A DNA stretch of 43,328 bases from Candidatus Yonathbacteria bacterium (GCA_013334825.1 JAAXWR010000001.1:406731-450058); one strand, 5' to 3'; counted from the first letter of the stretch, positions 10,804 to 21,190 are shown. The notes: generated by a model from the sequence alone, not told the origin. Translations and numbers: made by a program.

Positions 10804-12660
10804 TTAATTGAGATTATTCATCACCTTCTCAATATCAACATTGGGCGAAGAAACAACATTACGCACACCCATCTGCAATTCATGAAGGTGCTTATACAAT
10901 CCCCCGTCTTTCTTGAGCAGTTCCTCATGTGTCCCCTGTTCGTGAATCGCACCGTCCTTGAGGACCAAAATCTTATCTGCTTTACGTACTGTACTCAAGC
11001 GATGCGCGATGATGAGCGTCGTACGACCCTCCATGAGACGATCGAGTGCATGTTGGATGTTCCGTTCCGACTCGGCATCAAGCGCGGATGTCGGTTCATC
11101 AAGAATGAGGATTCTTGGGTCGCGCAACACCGCGCGTGCGATAGCAATACGCTGTTTCTGTCCCGCAGACAACTTCATGCCGCGCTCACCCACGACTTGC
11201 TTGTACCCTTTCGGAAACTTCATGATAAAGTCATGAGCGTCAGCTGACTTCGCCGCCTGTTGCACTTGCGCCTTGGTTGCTCGTGGCGAGCCGTATTTGA
11301 TGTTCTCATACACAGTGCCGTTGAAAAGAACAAGTTCCTGTGGTACGACGGCGATACTCCGCCGAAGTGTACGCAAGTACCACTTCTTCACATCAACCCC
11401 GTCCACACAGACCCGCCCTTTCTTTGGGAAAAAGTATGCCGAAACAAGATCCATGAGTGTACTTTTCCCCGCACCTGAACCACCTACAAACGCAACGGTT
11501 TCTCCCGCTGAAACAGAAAAGCTGACATTCTTAATAATATCGCGCTTTTTCCCTCCTTTGTCATATGCAAATGTAACACCCGCAAACGAGACATCTCCAC
11601 GTACATCCTGCGGATTGTATCCATCCTCCGGCTCATACTGTTCCGACGGTAATACAAGTGTCTCCTCCGAATGTGCAAGTGCAATAAGTCCGTTCTGCAC
11701 CCTGCTCCACATATTACCCATGCGGACAAATGGTCCGAAAGCCATTGCCGTATAGCCGTTGAACATAACCAGTTCACCAAGCGTCATAGACCCGCTTCTC
11801 ACAAATGCAACGGAGAGAATAAAGATTGAACCCTGAACCGTAAGTAACAAAAAAGACCGAAAGGCTCCAACTGCTTCCCATCGCGCATGATTTTCGACAA
11901 GAATCTTCGAGGGACCTTTTTCAAATCCATTTTTAATCTTTTGCGTCTCCTCTCGTTCGCTACTCGCCTGCTTCACATTTCCGATATTTGTCATTGCATC
12001 GGATACGAATCCGAACACCTTGCGATACCCTTTATGCATCGTGGAAGAATGCTCCGCCATCACAGGAATCCTGAAATACAATATGACAAGGTATGATAAA
12101 ATACCTGCAACCACAATTGATGCAAAAAGTGGTTGTATAACAAACATCACCCACAAACCGATAACCACCGACAACAACTCTGGAAAAAGCCCGATGACGA
12201 GATTCTGTAATACGGTGAATATCGAATCGGCCGCCTTATTCAAACGCTCGCGCACTTCTCCCGACTTCTCTTGTTTATGAAACGACAGAGGAAGTGAAAA
12301 CAAATGTTCCATGCCACTCACAAGATACCCTGAGTACATTTTCTCACTCAAGATAATGCTCTTGATACCAGATGCCCATTCGGACACTATTGTCACAAAG
12401 CGCAACAATGCCCACACCGCAACAGCGACAACCCAAACGGGAGCCGTATACCCAAACAGAGAAATATCTGTCGGATTGATAAGCCCATCAAAAAAACGTC
12501 CGAGGATATACGGAGTCACGCCATTTGCAAACGCTTGAAATAGTGCGGTGACTGAAAGAAATACGACGAACGGACGATACGGTCTCATTTGTCGAAACGT
12601 AACCGCCAAACCTTTTCTGATGTCCGCCATCTTTTTTTTATTTTTTCCCACTTTTTTCAT
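10804..12660 (-). CDS. ABC transporter, fused permease/ATP-binding protein (MsbA/MdlB-like)
   Basis: N-terminal TM domain; GGSGAGKST Walker A, LSAGQKQR signature, ILILDEPTSALD, IAHRLST. Confidence 0.95.
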   Translation of the reverse strand: MKKVGKNKKKMADIRKGLAVTFRQMRPYRPFVVFLSVTALFQAFANGVTPYILGRFFDGLINPTDISLFGYTAPVWVVAVAVWALLRFVTIVSEWASGIKSIILSEKMYSGYLVSGMEHLFSLPLSFHKQEKSGEVRERLNKAADSIFTVLQNLVIGLFPELLSVVIGLWVMFVIQPLFASIVVAGILSYLVILYFRIPVMAEHSSTMHKGYRKVFGFVSDAMTNIGNVKQASSEREETQKIKNGFEKGPSKILVENHARWEAVGAFRSFLLLTVQGSIFILSVAFVRSGSMTLGELVMFNGYTAMAFGPFVRMGNMWSRVQNGLIALAHSEETLVLPSEQYEPEDGYNPQDVRGDVSFAGVTFAYDKGGKKRDIIKNVSFSVSAGETVAFVGGSGAGKSTLMDLVSAYFFPKKGRVCVDGVDVKKWYLRTLRRSIAVVPQELVLFNGTVYENIKYGSPRATKAQVQQAAKSADAHDFIMKFPKGYKQVVGERGMKLSAGQKQRIAIARAVLRDPRILILDEPTSALDAESERNIQHALDRLMEGRTTLIIAHRLSTVRKADKILVLKDGAIHEQGTHEELLKKDGGLYKHLHELQMGVRNVVSSPNVDIEKVMNNLN

Positions 12661-12904
12661 GATGTATGTTATTTGATTAGTTGTGAAAGAAAATCTGATG
12701 AGACAATACTACATGATATAACTATTGTCAAATATCCGTGCATGCTATTTCCTATCAAACATCTCTAGTATACCCCACCAAAAAAAATTCTAGAAATATT
12801 CTGAGGATATGTAACTCATATTATGCCCACACCCATTGACAAAACAGACATCATCATGTTACATTCGGGACAAATTTCGTACCTAAAAAATAAAAAATAT
12901 ATCC

Positions 12905-13450
12905 ATGCATAAATCAAATGGAACGTGCCGTATGGTGTTTGTCTTTCCCACGCTTGGTATTGCTATAAAAATACCTATTATACAAATACGACTTTTTTTC
13001 AAAAGACTCTACAAAATTTTAAAGTCAGATACCCCATCAAGACACATATATCAAGAAATAATACTAAAATGGTATAACAGGGCTAGTATCAAGAAACTTC
13101 TTTTTCAAGGTATATGCGAAAATCTGCATGAATACTTCTTTTATTTGTTTTTTAAAAAGAGATTTCCTATACAACCGACATACTTTTCATTTTTTGGCTT
13201 ATGCAATGTCGTAAAAGCAGGAAAGCCTATTTCTTTATCAGAGATTGAATTTACATCCTGGCGGAAAAAAATTTTCGATATTGTCGGAAGAGATATTGAA
13301 GAAGATAATCACAATTTTGAATGCCCTGAGAATTTTACACGGCATGGTAACGACTTGTTTTTTCTCGATTATGGCAGTGAAAAAACAAGGAACTTCCTCC
13401 TCTCTCATGGGAAAAAGTTTTTTGGATTTTTTAATGATGTCGGCGCGTGA
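12905..13450 (+). CDS. Hypothetical protein, possible minimal kinase-like fold
   Basis: GTCRMV, AIKIP, ENLHE, HNFECPENF and LDYG appear in kinase motif order; AT-rich. Confidence 0.55.
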   Translation: MHKSNGTCRMVFVFPTLGIAIKIPIIQIRLFFKRLYKILKSDTPSRHIYQEIILKWYNRASIKKLLFQGICENLHEYFFYLFFKKRFPIQPTYFSFFGLCNVVKAGKPISLSEIEFTSWRKKIFDIVGRDIEEDNHNFECPENFTRHGNDLFFLDYGSEKTRNFLLSHGKKFFGFFNDVGA

Positions 13451-13571
13451 GCGCCGATTTTTTTTATTTCACCTCAAAAACAAAAGGCGCGTGAGCGCCT
13501 TTTGTTTTTGGTTTGTTTCTCACAACCATGCACCACGTGGGGTGCATAGCAGACTAACAACTAACAACTCA

Positions 13572-14189
13572 TTATATCTTTCCCACCAAATCAAGCCCTG
13601 GGGTCAGGGTATCATCTCCCGGCTCCCAACTCGCGGGACACACTTGTCCATTGTGTTCAGCAACAAATTTCGCGGCACGAAGTTTGCGCAGGAGTTCCTT
13701 GGCACTTCGTCCGATAGAATTGTCATTGATTTCGGCAGATACAATCACCCCTTCTGGATTGATAATGAACGATCCACGAAGTGCAAGTCCTTCGTGAGAC
13801 AAATAGACACCGAGATACTTCGCGAGCTTCCCCGCAGGGTCAGCAACCATGGGGAAGGCAATCTTTTTAATCGTATCGGACGTGTCATGCCACGCTTTGT
13901 GCGCGTACACCGTATCAGTACTTACCGACAATACTTCCGCACCTTCTTTTTGAAACTCAGGATACAAATCAGCAAGTTCAGAAAGTTCGGTCGGACACAC
14001 AAAGGTAAAGTCCGCCGGATAAAAGACAATCGCAAGCCATTTTCCCGTAAGCGCTCCTAAATCGACGCGGATAATTTCACCCTTCTGATATGCTTCAAGT
14101 GTAAAAGGTGCCAATATATCACCGACAATCGGCCTGTCATCATCAAAATCATCGAACAATATATCGTCAAAAAATTCTTCGTTTTCCAT
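13572..14189 (-). CDS. ahpC: 2-Cys peroxiredoxin (alkyl hydroperoxide reductase C)
   Basis: FYPADFTFVCPTE peroxidatic motif and VCPASW resolving motif. Confidence 0.95.
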   Translation of the reverse strand: MENEEFFDDILFDDFDDDRPIVGDILAPFTLEAYQKGEIIRVDLGALTGKWLAIVFYPADFTFVCPTELSELADLYPEFQKEGAEVLSVSTDTVYAHKAWHDTSDTIKKIAFPMVADPAGKLAKYLGVYLSHEGLALRGSFIINPEGVIVSAEINDNSIGRSAKELLRKLRAAKFVAEHNGQVCPASWEPGDDTLTPGLDLVGKI

Positions 14190-14205
14190 ATGTGGTATAT
14201 ACTAT

Positions 14206-15156
14206 ATGAATAATACTGCTAGTATAGCACACGATATGCATTCCACCCATCGGCAAAAACTCATCATCGTCGTCGGACAAACCGCCTCGGGCAAAAGCGA
14301 CGTGGCAGTTACCATCGCACTTCACGCAAATGGAGAAGTCATTTCTGCCGATTCCCGTCAAGTATACAAGGACATCCCCATCGGTTCTGGCGTCATTTCT
14401 GATACGGACATGCGCGGTATCCCCCATCATCTCCTTGGTTTTGTCTCGCCACGTGTGGCATATACCGCGGGACAATATCGCGAAGATGGACGACGCGCGA
14501 TTGTTGATGTTGCCTCACGCGACAAAGTACCCGTGATTGTCGGGGGGACGGGATTTTATATTGATACACTGATACATGATGACCCTCTTCCCGAAGTACC
14601 GCCCAACAAGATACTCCGTGCGTCTTGTGCGAAATGCTCAACAGAAGAACTGATTGCTCGCCTCGCCTCACTTGATGCGAAACGCGCTTCTTCAATCGAC
14701 ACCAACAATCGTCGGCGTATCGTGCGAGCGATTGAAATTGCAACACTCCTTGGTCATGTCCCCACTATTCCTGTGCGTCGTAACTCTCCATACGATATAC
14801 TTTGGCTTGGCATCAGAGTTCCCGACAATGAACTTCACACACGCATCAATACACGCAATGCTTCAATGATAAGCCAAGGACTTGTTGCTGAAGTACGCAC
14901 TCTTCATGACAAACGGCTGTCATGGAAACGTATCGAGGAACTCGGTTTTGAATTTGCGTATGCTGCCATGCACATACGAGGTACACTAAGCGAAAACACC
15001 ATGCTCACGCGCATGGATATTGCCACACGTCAATATGCCAAGCGTCAAAAGACATGGTTCAAACGAAATGGCGATATCAAATGGTTTTCACCGAACGATA
15101 CCGCGCATATCTTGAAAACAGTAGATGCATTTCTCGCAGACCGACCTGCGGTATAA
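14206..15156 (+). CDS. miaA: tRNA dimethylallyltransferase
   Basis: GQTASGKS, ISADSRQVY, PHHLL, VGGTGFY, TRQYAKRQKTWF; true start may be 14236. Confidence 0.96.
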   Translation: MNNTASIAHDMHSTHRQKLIIVVGQTASGKSDVAVTIALHANGEVISADSRQVYKDIPIGSGVISDTDMRGIPHHLLGFVSPRVAYTAGQYREDGRRAIVDVASRDKVPVIVGGTGFYIDTLIHDDPLPEVPPNKILRASCAKCSTEELIARLASLDAKRASSIDTNNRRRIVRAIEIATLLGHVPTIPVRRNSPYDILWLGIRVPDNELHTRINTRNASMISQGLVAEVRTLHDKRLSWKRIEELGFEFAYAAMHIRGTLSENTMLTRMDIATRQYAKRQKTWFKRNGDIKWFSPNDTAHILKTVDAFLADRPAV

Positions 15157-15163
15157 GATACTA

Positions 15164-15279
15164 GTTCGTAGTTCGTAGTTCGTAGTTCTTGGAACAAATT
15201 TTTATCAAAGAAAAAACATGCAAAGCATGTTTTTTCTTTTTTGTATTCTCTACGAACTAAGAACTACAAACTACGAACT
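15164..15279. terminator. Probable bidirectional terminator framed by inverted AGTTCGT/ACGAACT heptamer tracts
   Basis: AAAAAACATGC-AAA-GCATGTTTTTT between convergent miaA and sod; (AGTTCGT)n on the left and ACGAACT-like units on the right. Confidence 0.6.
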
Positions 15280-15849
15280 TTTTACAAATCTTTCCTCCAC
15301 CACTCGCCAATCAATCGCATGCATGACCACATCCACATAATCAGCACGCTTGATACCATAGTCCGTCATATATGCGTGTTCAAACACATCAAGCACCAAA
15401 AGCGGTTCAGTTCCCACGAGATGCCCGCCATCATGTTCATTGATCCACAGTGTAAAAAGTCCTCCTGTTTCTCTATCTTTAGCAAAGACAACCCATCCGA
15501 TACCGCGCATCATCATCGCTTTTTCTATATCCATCTTCCATGCATCAAATGACCCGTATGCTTGTTCAATTGCTTTCATAAGCTCGGGAGCGGATGATGG
15601 CTCTACATCTTCTTTCGTCAAATTACCAAAGTAAAGTTCGTGAAGACGCATACCATCCCATTCCCATCCAAAACGTCTGCGCAATTCCGCGCTTTGGGGT
15701 GTCCCCGGTTCAATCGTCTTTGCGAGTTCCGCAATGGTATTCGTGTTTTTCACATATCCTTCATAGAGCGCGAAATGATTACGGAGCATATTCTCGGAAA
15801 GACCCGGAATACCGATGCACTGTTCAAAGTTTTGAGGGATATACGTCAT
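15271..15849 (-). CDS. Fe/Mn superoxide dismutase family protein
   Basis: NHFALYEGYVKN, RLHELYF, GIGW, LDVFEHAY; start reassigned to MTYIP. Confidence 0.92.
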   Translation of the reverse strand: MTYIPQNFEQCIGIPGLSENMLRNHFALYEGYVKNTNTIAELAKTIEPGTPQSAELRRRFGWEWDGMRLHELYFGNLTKEDVEPSSAPELMKAIEQAYGSFDAWKMDIEKAMMMRGIGWVVFAKDRETGGLFTLWINEHDGGHLVGTEPLLVLDVFEHAYMTDYGIKRADYVDVVMHAIDWRVVEERFVKSS

Positions 15850-15972
15850 GTGTATATAAAAAATGAAGTAAATAATACTCTGTGTAGTATAACAGAAAAA
15901 ATATACTATTCCCATTTTTCAAAATCACATAAGTTTCCCCTTTTCATGAAAAAGTGTATACTATGTTGCATT

Positions 15973-16467
15973 ATGGTTACTCTGTTTGATACGACAATAC
16001 TCACTTATATACTCTTTGGTACGGCCTTTGTCGCACTTGTCTCATGTATATGGGCGATTATCCTCCACCGAAAAATCAATCGTCTTCTTGGCGGCTCCAC
16101 GGCCAAAGACCTTACGCATGCAGTTACTACACTTCATGAAAAAGCTGCTGACCTTGCAAAGACGCAAGAAAAAATACATGCATATCTGTCACGTGCCGAA
16201 TCACGCATGTCGCGAAGTATCCAAGGTATTGCGACAGTTCGTTTTAATCCATTTAAAAATCAGGGTGGAGGAAGCAATCAAAGTTTCGCCACCGCCCTCC
16301 TTGATGAAGAAGGAAACGGAGTTGTTATCTCAAGCTTGTACTCTCGTGACCGCGTCGGTGTATATGCCAAGCCTATTGAGAAAGGTACATCTTCCTATGA
16401 ACTCACCGATGAAGAAAAGTCTTCAATAGAGCTCGCATATTCAAAATTCAGACAATCGAAAGAATAA
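15973..16467 (+). CDS. DUF4446-like membrane-anchored protein
   Basis: N-terminal TM, coiled coil, VRFNPF..GG.NQSF...LLDEEGNGVVISSLYSR....YAKPI. Confidence 0.8.
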   Translation: MVTLFDTTILTYILFGTAFVALVSCIWAIILHRKINRLLGGSTAKDLTHAVTTLHEKAADLAKTQEKIHAYLSRAESRMSRSIQGIATVRFNPFKNQGGGSNQSFATALLDEEGNGVVISSLYSRDRVGVYAKPIEKGTSSYELTDEEKSSIELAYSKFRQSKE

Positions 16468-16476
16468 GCTCGGAAA

Positions 16477-16513
16477 GATACGGGGGGCGGCGCGAAGCGC
16501 CGCCCCCCGTATC
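16477..16513. repeat. GC-rich palindrome with GCGAAGC core
   Basis: GATACGGGGGGCGGCGC-GAA-GCGCCGCCCCCCGTATC; the 21-nt core recurs at 35533-35553. Confidence 0.7.
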
Positions 16514-16573
16514 CCCGTATTTCCTCCCCCTCCATAGACAAACATGTCATATTGATGTAGGGTAACACAACAT

Positions 16574-18076
16574 ATGTCTCCAACACCTGACACGCCAAAG
16601 ACTCCTCGCTCCCCCATTATTGTTATCATGGGGCATATTGATCATGGAAAATCAACGCTTCTTGATTATATTCGAAAAAGCAATGTCGTCGCAACTGAAT
16701 CAGGTGGCATCACCCAGCATATTTCCGCCTACGAAGCCATGCACAAGGGCGAAGACGGAACAGACAAACGTATTGTATTCCTCGATACACCTGGACATGC
16801 AGCATTTTCATCCATGCGTGGTAATGGTGCAAAGGTCGCCGATATCGCTGTTCTCGTCGTCTCTGCAGAAGATGGTGTCAAGGAACAAACAATGGAAGCA
16901 CACAAAGCAATTATAGACGCGCATATTCCGTATATCGTCGCCATCAATAAAATAGACCGCCCTGGTGCCGACATTGACCGCACAAAACTTAGTTTAGCGG
17001 AACACAACATTTTTGTTGAAGGATATGGTGGCGATATTCCTTTTGTCCCCATCTCTGCAAAACAAGGGACAGGCGTTTCCGACCTTCTCGACATGATGCT
17101 CCTTGTCGCAGATATGGCAGAACTATCCTCTGATCCCTCTCGTCCTGCCGAAGGTGTTGTCATCGAATCAAATGTGGACCCACGTCGAGGCATTTCAGCA
17201 AGTGTCATGATTTTGGATGGTACACTTGAAAAGGGAATGTTTGTTGTTGCAGGATCATCATACTCCCCTGTTCGTGCCATTGAAAACTTTGCGGGTAAAA
17301 ATATTTCTCTTGCAGGCCCCGCGACTCCTGTTCGCATCACAGGATGGAGTACCGTGCCTCCTACAGGAGAAATCTGCTCAACATTCACTTCAATCAAAGA
17401 AGCACGTGCCGCGGCAGAACTTCATACAAACACAAAACACACCTGCACATTTACTCCATCAGAAGGAACAGAAATCGTTATTCCTCTCATTGTCAAAGCA
17501 GACACATTGGGGACTCTTGAAGCGGTCGAGAAAGAACTTGGAAAACTTGTACATGAGACAGTCTGTCTTCGTATTGTACATGCTGACGTTGGCGATATTG
17601 GTGAAAATGATATTACCATCGCCTCTGGTTCTCATGACGCACTTGTTATCGGTTTTCGTGTCAAAGCAGATAAACAAGCCCTTGCCCTAGCAGATCAAAA
17701 CACCGTCTCCGTAGAAACGTTTGCTGTTATTTATAATCTCATTGATCATATTGATGAAATCATGCGTGCCCGCACTCCCAAGAAAGAAATTGAAGAACAT
17801 CTTGGTTCTGTGAAAATCTTAAAAACTTTTAGCAAGATAAAAGATAAACAAGTTATCGGTGGCAAAGTCATTGATGGTATGATTATGAACAAACTGGATG
17901 TCATTATCGAACGACGAGGTACAGAAATTGGACGTGGAAAACTCACCGAACTTCAAGAATCACGCGTCAAAGTTGAAAAATCAGAGAAAGGTGCCGAGTG
18001 TGGCATGCTTGTTGAAGCAAAAACAGACATTGCTCCTGGTGACATTATTATCCCTTTTAAAAAGACAATCGTCTAA
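16574..18076 (+). CDS. infB: Translation initiation factor IF-2 (short form)
   Basis: MGHIDHGKST, GGITQHI, DTPGH, NKID, KADTLGTLEA. Confidence 0.97.
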   Translation: MSPTPDTPKTPRSPIIVIMGHIDHGKSTLLDYIRKSNVVATESGGITQHISAYEAMHKGEDGTDKRIVFLDTPGHAAFSSMRGNGAKVADIAVLVVSAEDGVKEQTMEAHKAIIDAHIPYIVAINKIDRPGADIDRTKLSLAEHNIFVEGYGGDIPFVPISAKQGTGVSDLLDMMLLVADMAELSSDPSRPAEGVVIESNVDPRRGISASVMILDGTLEKGMFVVAGSSYSPVRAIENFAGKNISLAGPATPVRITGWSTVPPTGEICSTFTSIKEARAAAELHTNTKHTCTFTPSEGTEIVIPLIVKADTLGTLEAVEKELGKLVHETVCLRIVHADVGDIGENDITIASGSHDALVIGFRVKADKQALALADQNTVSVETFAVIYNLIDHIDEIMRARTPKKEIEEHLGSVKILKTFSKIKDKQVIGGKVIDGMIMNKLDVIIERRGTEIGRGKLTELQESRVKVEKSEKGAECGMLVEAKTDIAPGDIIIPFKKTIV

Positions 18077-18083
18077 CACATAC

Positions 18084-18422
18084 ATGGAACACACAAAAGA
18101 AAAATTAACTGGCGTTATCATTGCTCTTGCCGCAGAATTTCTCAATCGTGAAGCAGACAAGTCTTCTCTGGTCACAGTCACAGGATGCAGTCTCTCTGAT
18201 AATCTCCGTACCGCTACGGTTCTTCTCTCTGTCCTTCCTGAAGGACGATCTGCTCCCGCACTTGAATTTGCACGCCGTAAACTGCCCGAGTTTCGCGCGT
18301 ATGTTGGTTCCCATGCCCGTCTCAAATATCTTCCGTTTTTCCATTTTGACCTTGATGCAGGAGAAAAAAATAGGCAAGCATTGGACGAGGTGTCTCGTGC
18401 ACAGGCATCATCACTCAAGTAA
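18084..18422 (+). CDS. rbfA: Ribosome-binding factor A
   Basis: Directly after infB; LVTVTG..LS.NLR.A.V and LKYLP..HF.LD pattern; start MEHTK. Confidence 0.85.
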   Translation: MEHTKEKLTGVIIALAAEFLNREADKSSLVTVTGCSLSDNLRTATVLLSVLPEGRSAPALEFARRKLPEFRAYVGSHARLKYLPFFHFDLDAGEKNRQALDEVSRAQASSLK

Positions 18423-18553
18423 CATAACGACATGAGATAGCGATTATTAATAATTGCTTGTGGTTTGATACTTGTTTATTTGATATTTTTTTATCTTTGA
18501 AAATATTTATTGGGACTAGAATAAATGTCCCATACCGTGTATCATATACGCAC

Positions 18554-18625
18554 GGCCACGTAGCCAAGTGGTAAGGCAAGGGTCTGCAAAACTCTTATAC
18601 GCGGGTTCGATTCCCGCCGTGGCCT
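18554..18625 (+). tRNA. tRNA-Cys(GCA)
   Basis: GGCCACG/CGTGGCC acceptor stem, CT-GCA-AA loop, GGTTCGATTCC; CCA not encoded. Confidence 0.95.
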
Positions 18626-18855
18626 CACGAAAAAGCCCCCTCAAGGGGCTTTTCTCGTGAGGCCACGGAGCGAGCCAACTGCTTGGCTCGCGCTTGCCTT
18701 GCCGAAACTTGTCTAAAGACAAGTGAAGGCGGGTCGAGAATCGAACCGAGCACCACTTTTATAATGATAAAAGTGGTGCTCGGCGTCCAGGAGTACTTGG
18801 CAGAATGCAAGTTTACGCAGCATTATGCCTAGTAACTCCGGGACGATTCCCGAGG
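18626..18855 (+). repeat. tRNA-associated structured repeat matched to tRNA-Cys
   Basis: Hairpin, antisense TGAGGCCACGG, hairpin A, GAGAATCGAACC, hairpin B GAGCACCACTTTT..AAAAGTGGTGCTC, hairpin C, sense CGATTCCCG. Confidence 0.85.
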
Positions 18856-18907
18856 TACTATGCACTTCTTCCGAGAATCGATTCTTATAATAATATTTAA
18901 GATAAGA

Positions 18908-20635
18908 CTATACTAAACCGAGAATATTTTTGAGTGTAATGACATGATTCCTACTAATCTCATAATCATTCTCTGATACATTTCTCCAAAATAGTGCCTT
19001 AACATCATTCTCATTCTTTATAAGATTAATTGCGTCTTCTCTATTAATGATAGGTATCCTTCGTGCTTTACTGACCACACTGGAGAGATCGGCGGGAGGA
19101 TTAGAGAGAACGGAGAAATCTTCATTCCATATTTTAGAAACACATTCAGACAAATGATTTTCATACTCCTCAAAAAGATTCTCGATTGACATTTCTTCAG
19201 GGAGTAAAATAACATGAACATCTTTGATATCTGAGAATAACATGTCTTTAAATCCATCAACTTCTTGAGAAATACTCATCTTTTGAAGATGCCGTGATAT
19301 CGCCTTCTCCATTTTTCCTTTATCAGAATCTATAATAAAGTATACAGGGGCACGAATAATATCAGGAGTTGTTGTTATTACATCAAGATATTTTCCTATC
19401 TCAGTGATACCACTTAAACCACTGACAATTGGAATCCCGACTTTTTTATATGAATCAACCGTCTCTTTCTTCTCATCCTCACAAAAAATTAATTTTTCAC
19501 TGCTTGAAGAGAAGAAATATGCAAAAAAATTTGAATCTCCCATTATCTTACCCAGATCCTTTATTCTCTCATCATCAATATTTTGTGGACTAATGGTTTC
19601 TATATCCCCAACCCCTTTCAAGATGTTCCATTTTACTCTATCCCCACTTATTCGACTACCAGCAAGGAGTACGGGCGAATGAGTAGTTACAACCATCTGG
19701 ATATTATTCAACCAAGTTTCCGAATTTAATAAGTTTGATATTTTGAACAATAAATCGGCATGCAAAAATGATTCTGGTTCTTCCATTAACCAAATCGGAT
19801 GATATTCTCCTTTATTCAAGGACCTATCACTATCTAATAAATACTGCGCCAAATAAAGTACCGTTGCTTGAGCACCTGTACCTTGTGCTGTGAGTTGTAT
19901 CTCAGGAAGATCTGTATCTCCTTGAAAATTTACATCTGATACAGCAATAACGTCTGATATGTTTTTTGGCAAAGAGACAGATACTCGACAACCTGGCCAA
20001 AAAGACTGTAGGGATTCCGATAACGAATTAGAAAGATAATCATTCGCATAATTCTTCATTCCTCCCCAACTATCTTCTAGCGCTTGAATCTGATGGGTAA
20101 GACGAGCATTCCTACCCCAGTTCTGGAGAAGACGATCTCTTAAACGTCTTTGGACGTTATCGAAAAGAATTTGACCATCTTGCGGATGGATGTACGTTAC
20201 TTTAGTTGACGCAAGTAAACTTTTTATATCGGAAGATAGTTCTTCTCGCAAAAATCCAGTCTCTCCAATAAACCATTTTATTGATACAATTTTTGATGTT
20301 GGTGTAAAAGTAACTATCTTCTTTATTAGAAGGATATCACCATACTCCCTTATCATTCGGGTTTTCCTACTTTTTGTACTTAATTCTCGTAAGTTAAATG
20401 AGACCGATATCTCACTTTGGTTATATTTCTCCTGTTTTCTCGAATATTCTGTTCTATTTAAAAAAGTCTCATCAGAAAAATACTGATCATCAAAAAAAGC
20501 TCTGATGGCATATAAAACATTTGTCTTCCCTGAATTATTTATACCAACCAGATAAGATGCTTGGGAAAAATCTAAAAGGATCTCTTCTCGAAATCCTCTA
20601 AAATTTTTTATTTTTATTTGTGTAATAAATGACAT
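18908..20635 (-). CDS. OLD-family / ABC-ATPase + TOPRIM ATP-dependent nuclease (putative defence protein)
   Basis: IKNFRG, GINNSGKT Walker A, QGTG, LMEEPESFLH, TTHSP, then FCED...DSD TOPRIM-like acidic motifs; visibly AT-rich. Confidence 0.8.
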   Translation of the reverse strand: MSFITQIKIKNFRGFREEILLDFSQASYLVGINNSGKTNVLYAIRAFFDDQYFSDETFLNRTEYSRKQEKYNQSEISVSFNLRELSTKSRKTRMIREYGDILLIKKIVTFTPTSKIVSIKWFIGETGFLREELSSDIKSLLASTKVTYIHPQDGQILFDNVQRRLRDRLLQNWGRNARLTHQIQALEDSWGGMKNYANDYLSNSLSESLQSFWPGCRVSVSLPKNISDVIAVSDVNFQGDTDLPEIQLTAQGTGAQATVLYLAQYLLDSDRSLNKGEYHPIWLMEEPESFLHADLLFKISNLLNSETWLNNIQMVVTTHSPVLLAGSRISGDRVKWNILKGVGDIETISPQNIDDERIKDLGKIMGDSNFFAYFFSSSSEKLIFCEDEKKETVDSYKKVGIPIVSGLSGITEIGKYLDVITTTPDIIRAPVYFIIDSDKGKMEKAISRHLQKMSISQEVDGFKDMLFSDIKDVHVILLPEEMSIENLFEEYENHLSECVSKIWNEDFSVLSNPPADLSSVVSKARRIPIINREDAINLIKNENDVKALFWRNVSENDYEISRNHVITLKNILGLV

Positions 20636-20894
20636 AAATTTAATATCTATAATACTGTTGATAGACCAAGCATAACGACACTGAAAAATAAATACAACTA
20701 TACACTGTTCTCAGTTTGTATTATGGTATAACACAAAATATATAAAATCCAAGGCATCAGTTTACTAAAAACAGCATCAAAGATACTACGTCTACAGAAT
20801 TCTCAAGAAAATAAGTGATTAGGCTCAAAGCCTTTGTCCGAGACATTGGAAATTTGCACCATACCCTCATGTTTTTTCATAAACAAAATGCTGC

Positions 20895-21106
20895 TGGACC
20901 TGCCGACAGGCAGGCGCGGCTCCCCAGCCCTACGTTCATGTAGTACGCATACATACGCACGAATTTTAATTCATGTAATACAGTTGTTACACATACTATC
21001 GTACATCATGAACGTAGGGCTGGGTCCGCCGTTCGAACCCCGGCGCAATGCAAGCAGTTGCATTGCTCTCTGGGCACACAAAAAAGCGCAAAAGCGCTTT
21101 TTTGTG
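20895..21106 (-). repeat. Divergent tRNA-associated structured repeat matched to tRNA-Leu(TAA)
   Basis: Minus strand: antisense TGTGCCCAGAG, hairpin A variant AGCAATGCAACTGCTTGCATTGCG, CGGGGTTCGAAC, long stem CCCAGCCCTACGTTCATG/CATGAACGTAGGGCTGGG. Confidence 0.8.
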
Positions 21107-21190
21107 TGCCCAGAGCGGGATTCGAACCCGCGCGATCTTGCGATCAAGGGATTTTAAGTCCCTCGTGTCTACCAACTCCACCACCTGGGC
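21107..21190 (-). tRNA. tRNA-Leu(TAA)
   Basis: Reverse complement GCCCAGG...CT-TAA-AA...GGTTCGAATCCCGC-TCTGGGC-A with long variable arm. Confidence 0.95.
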
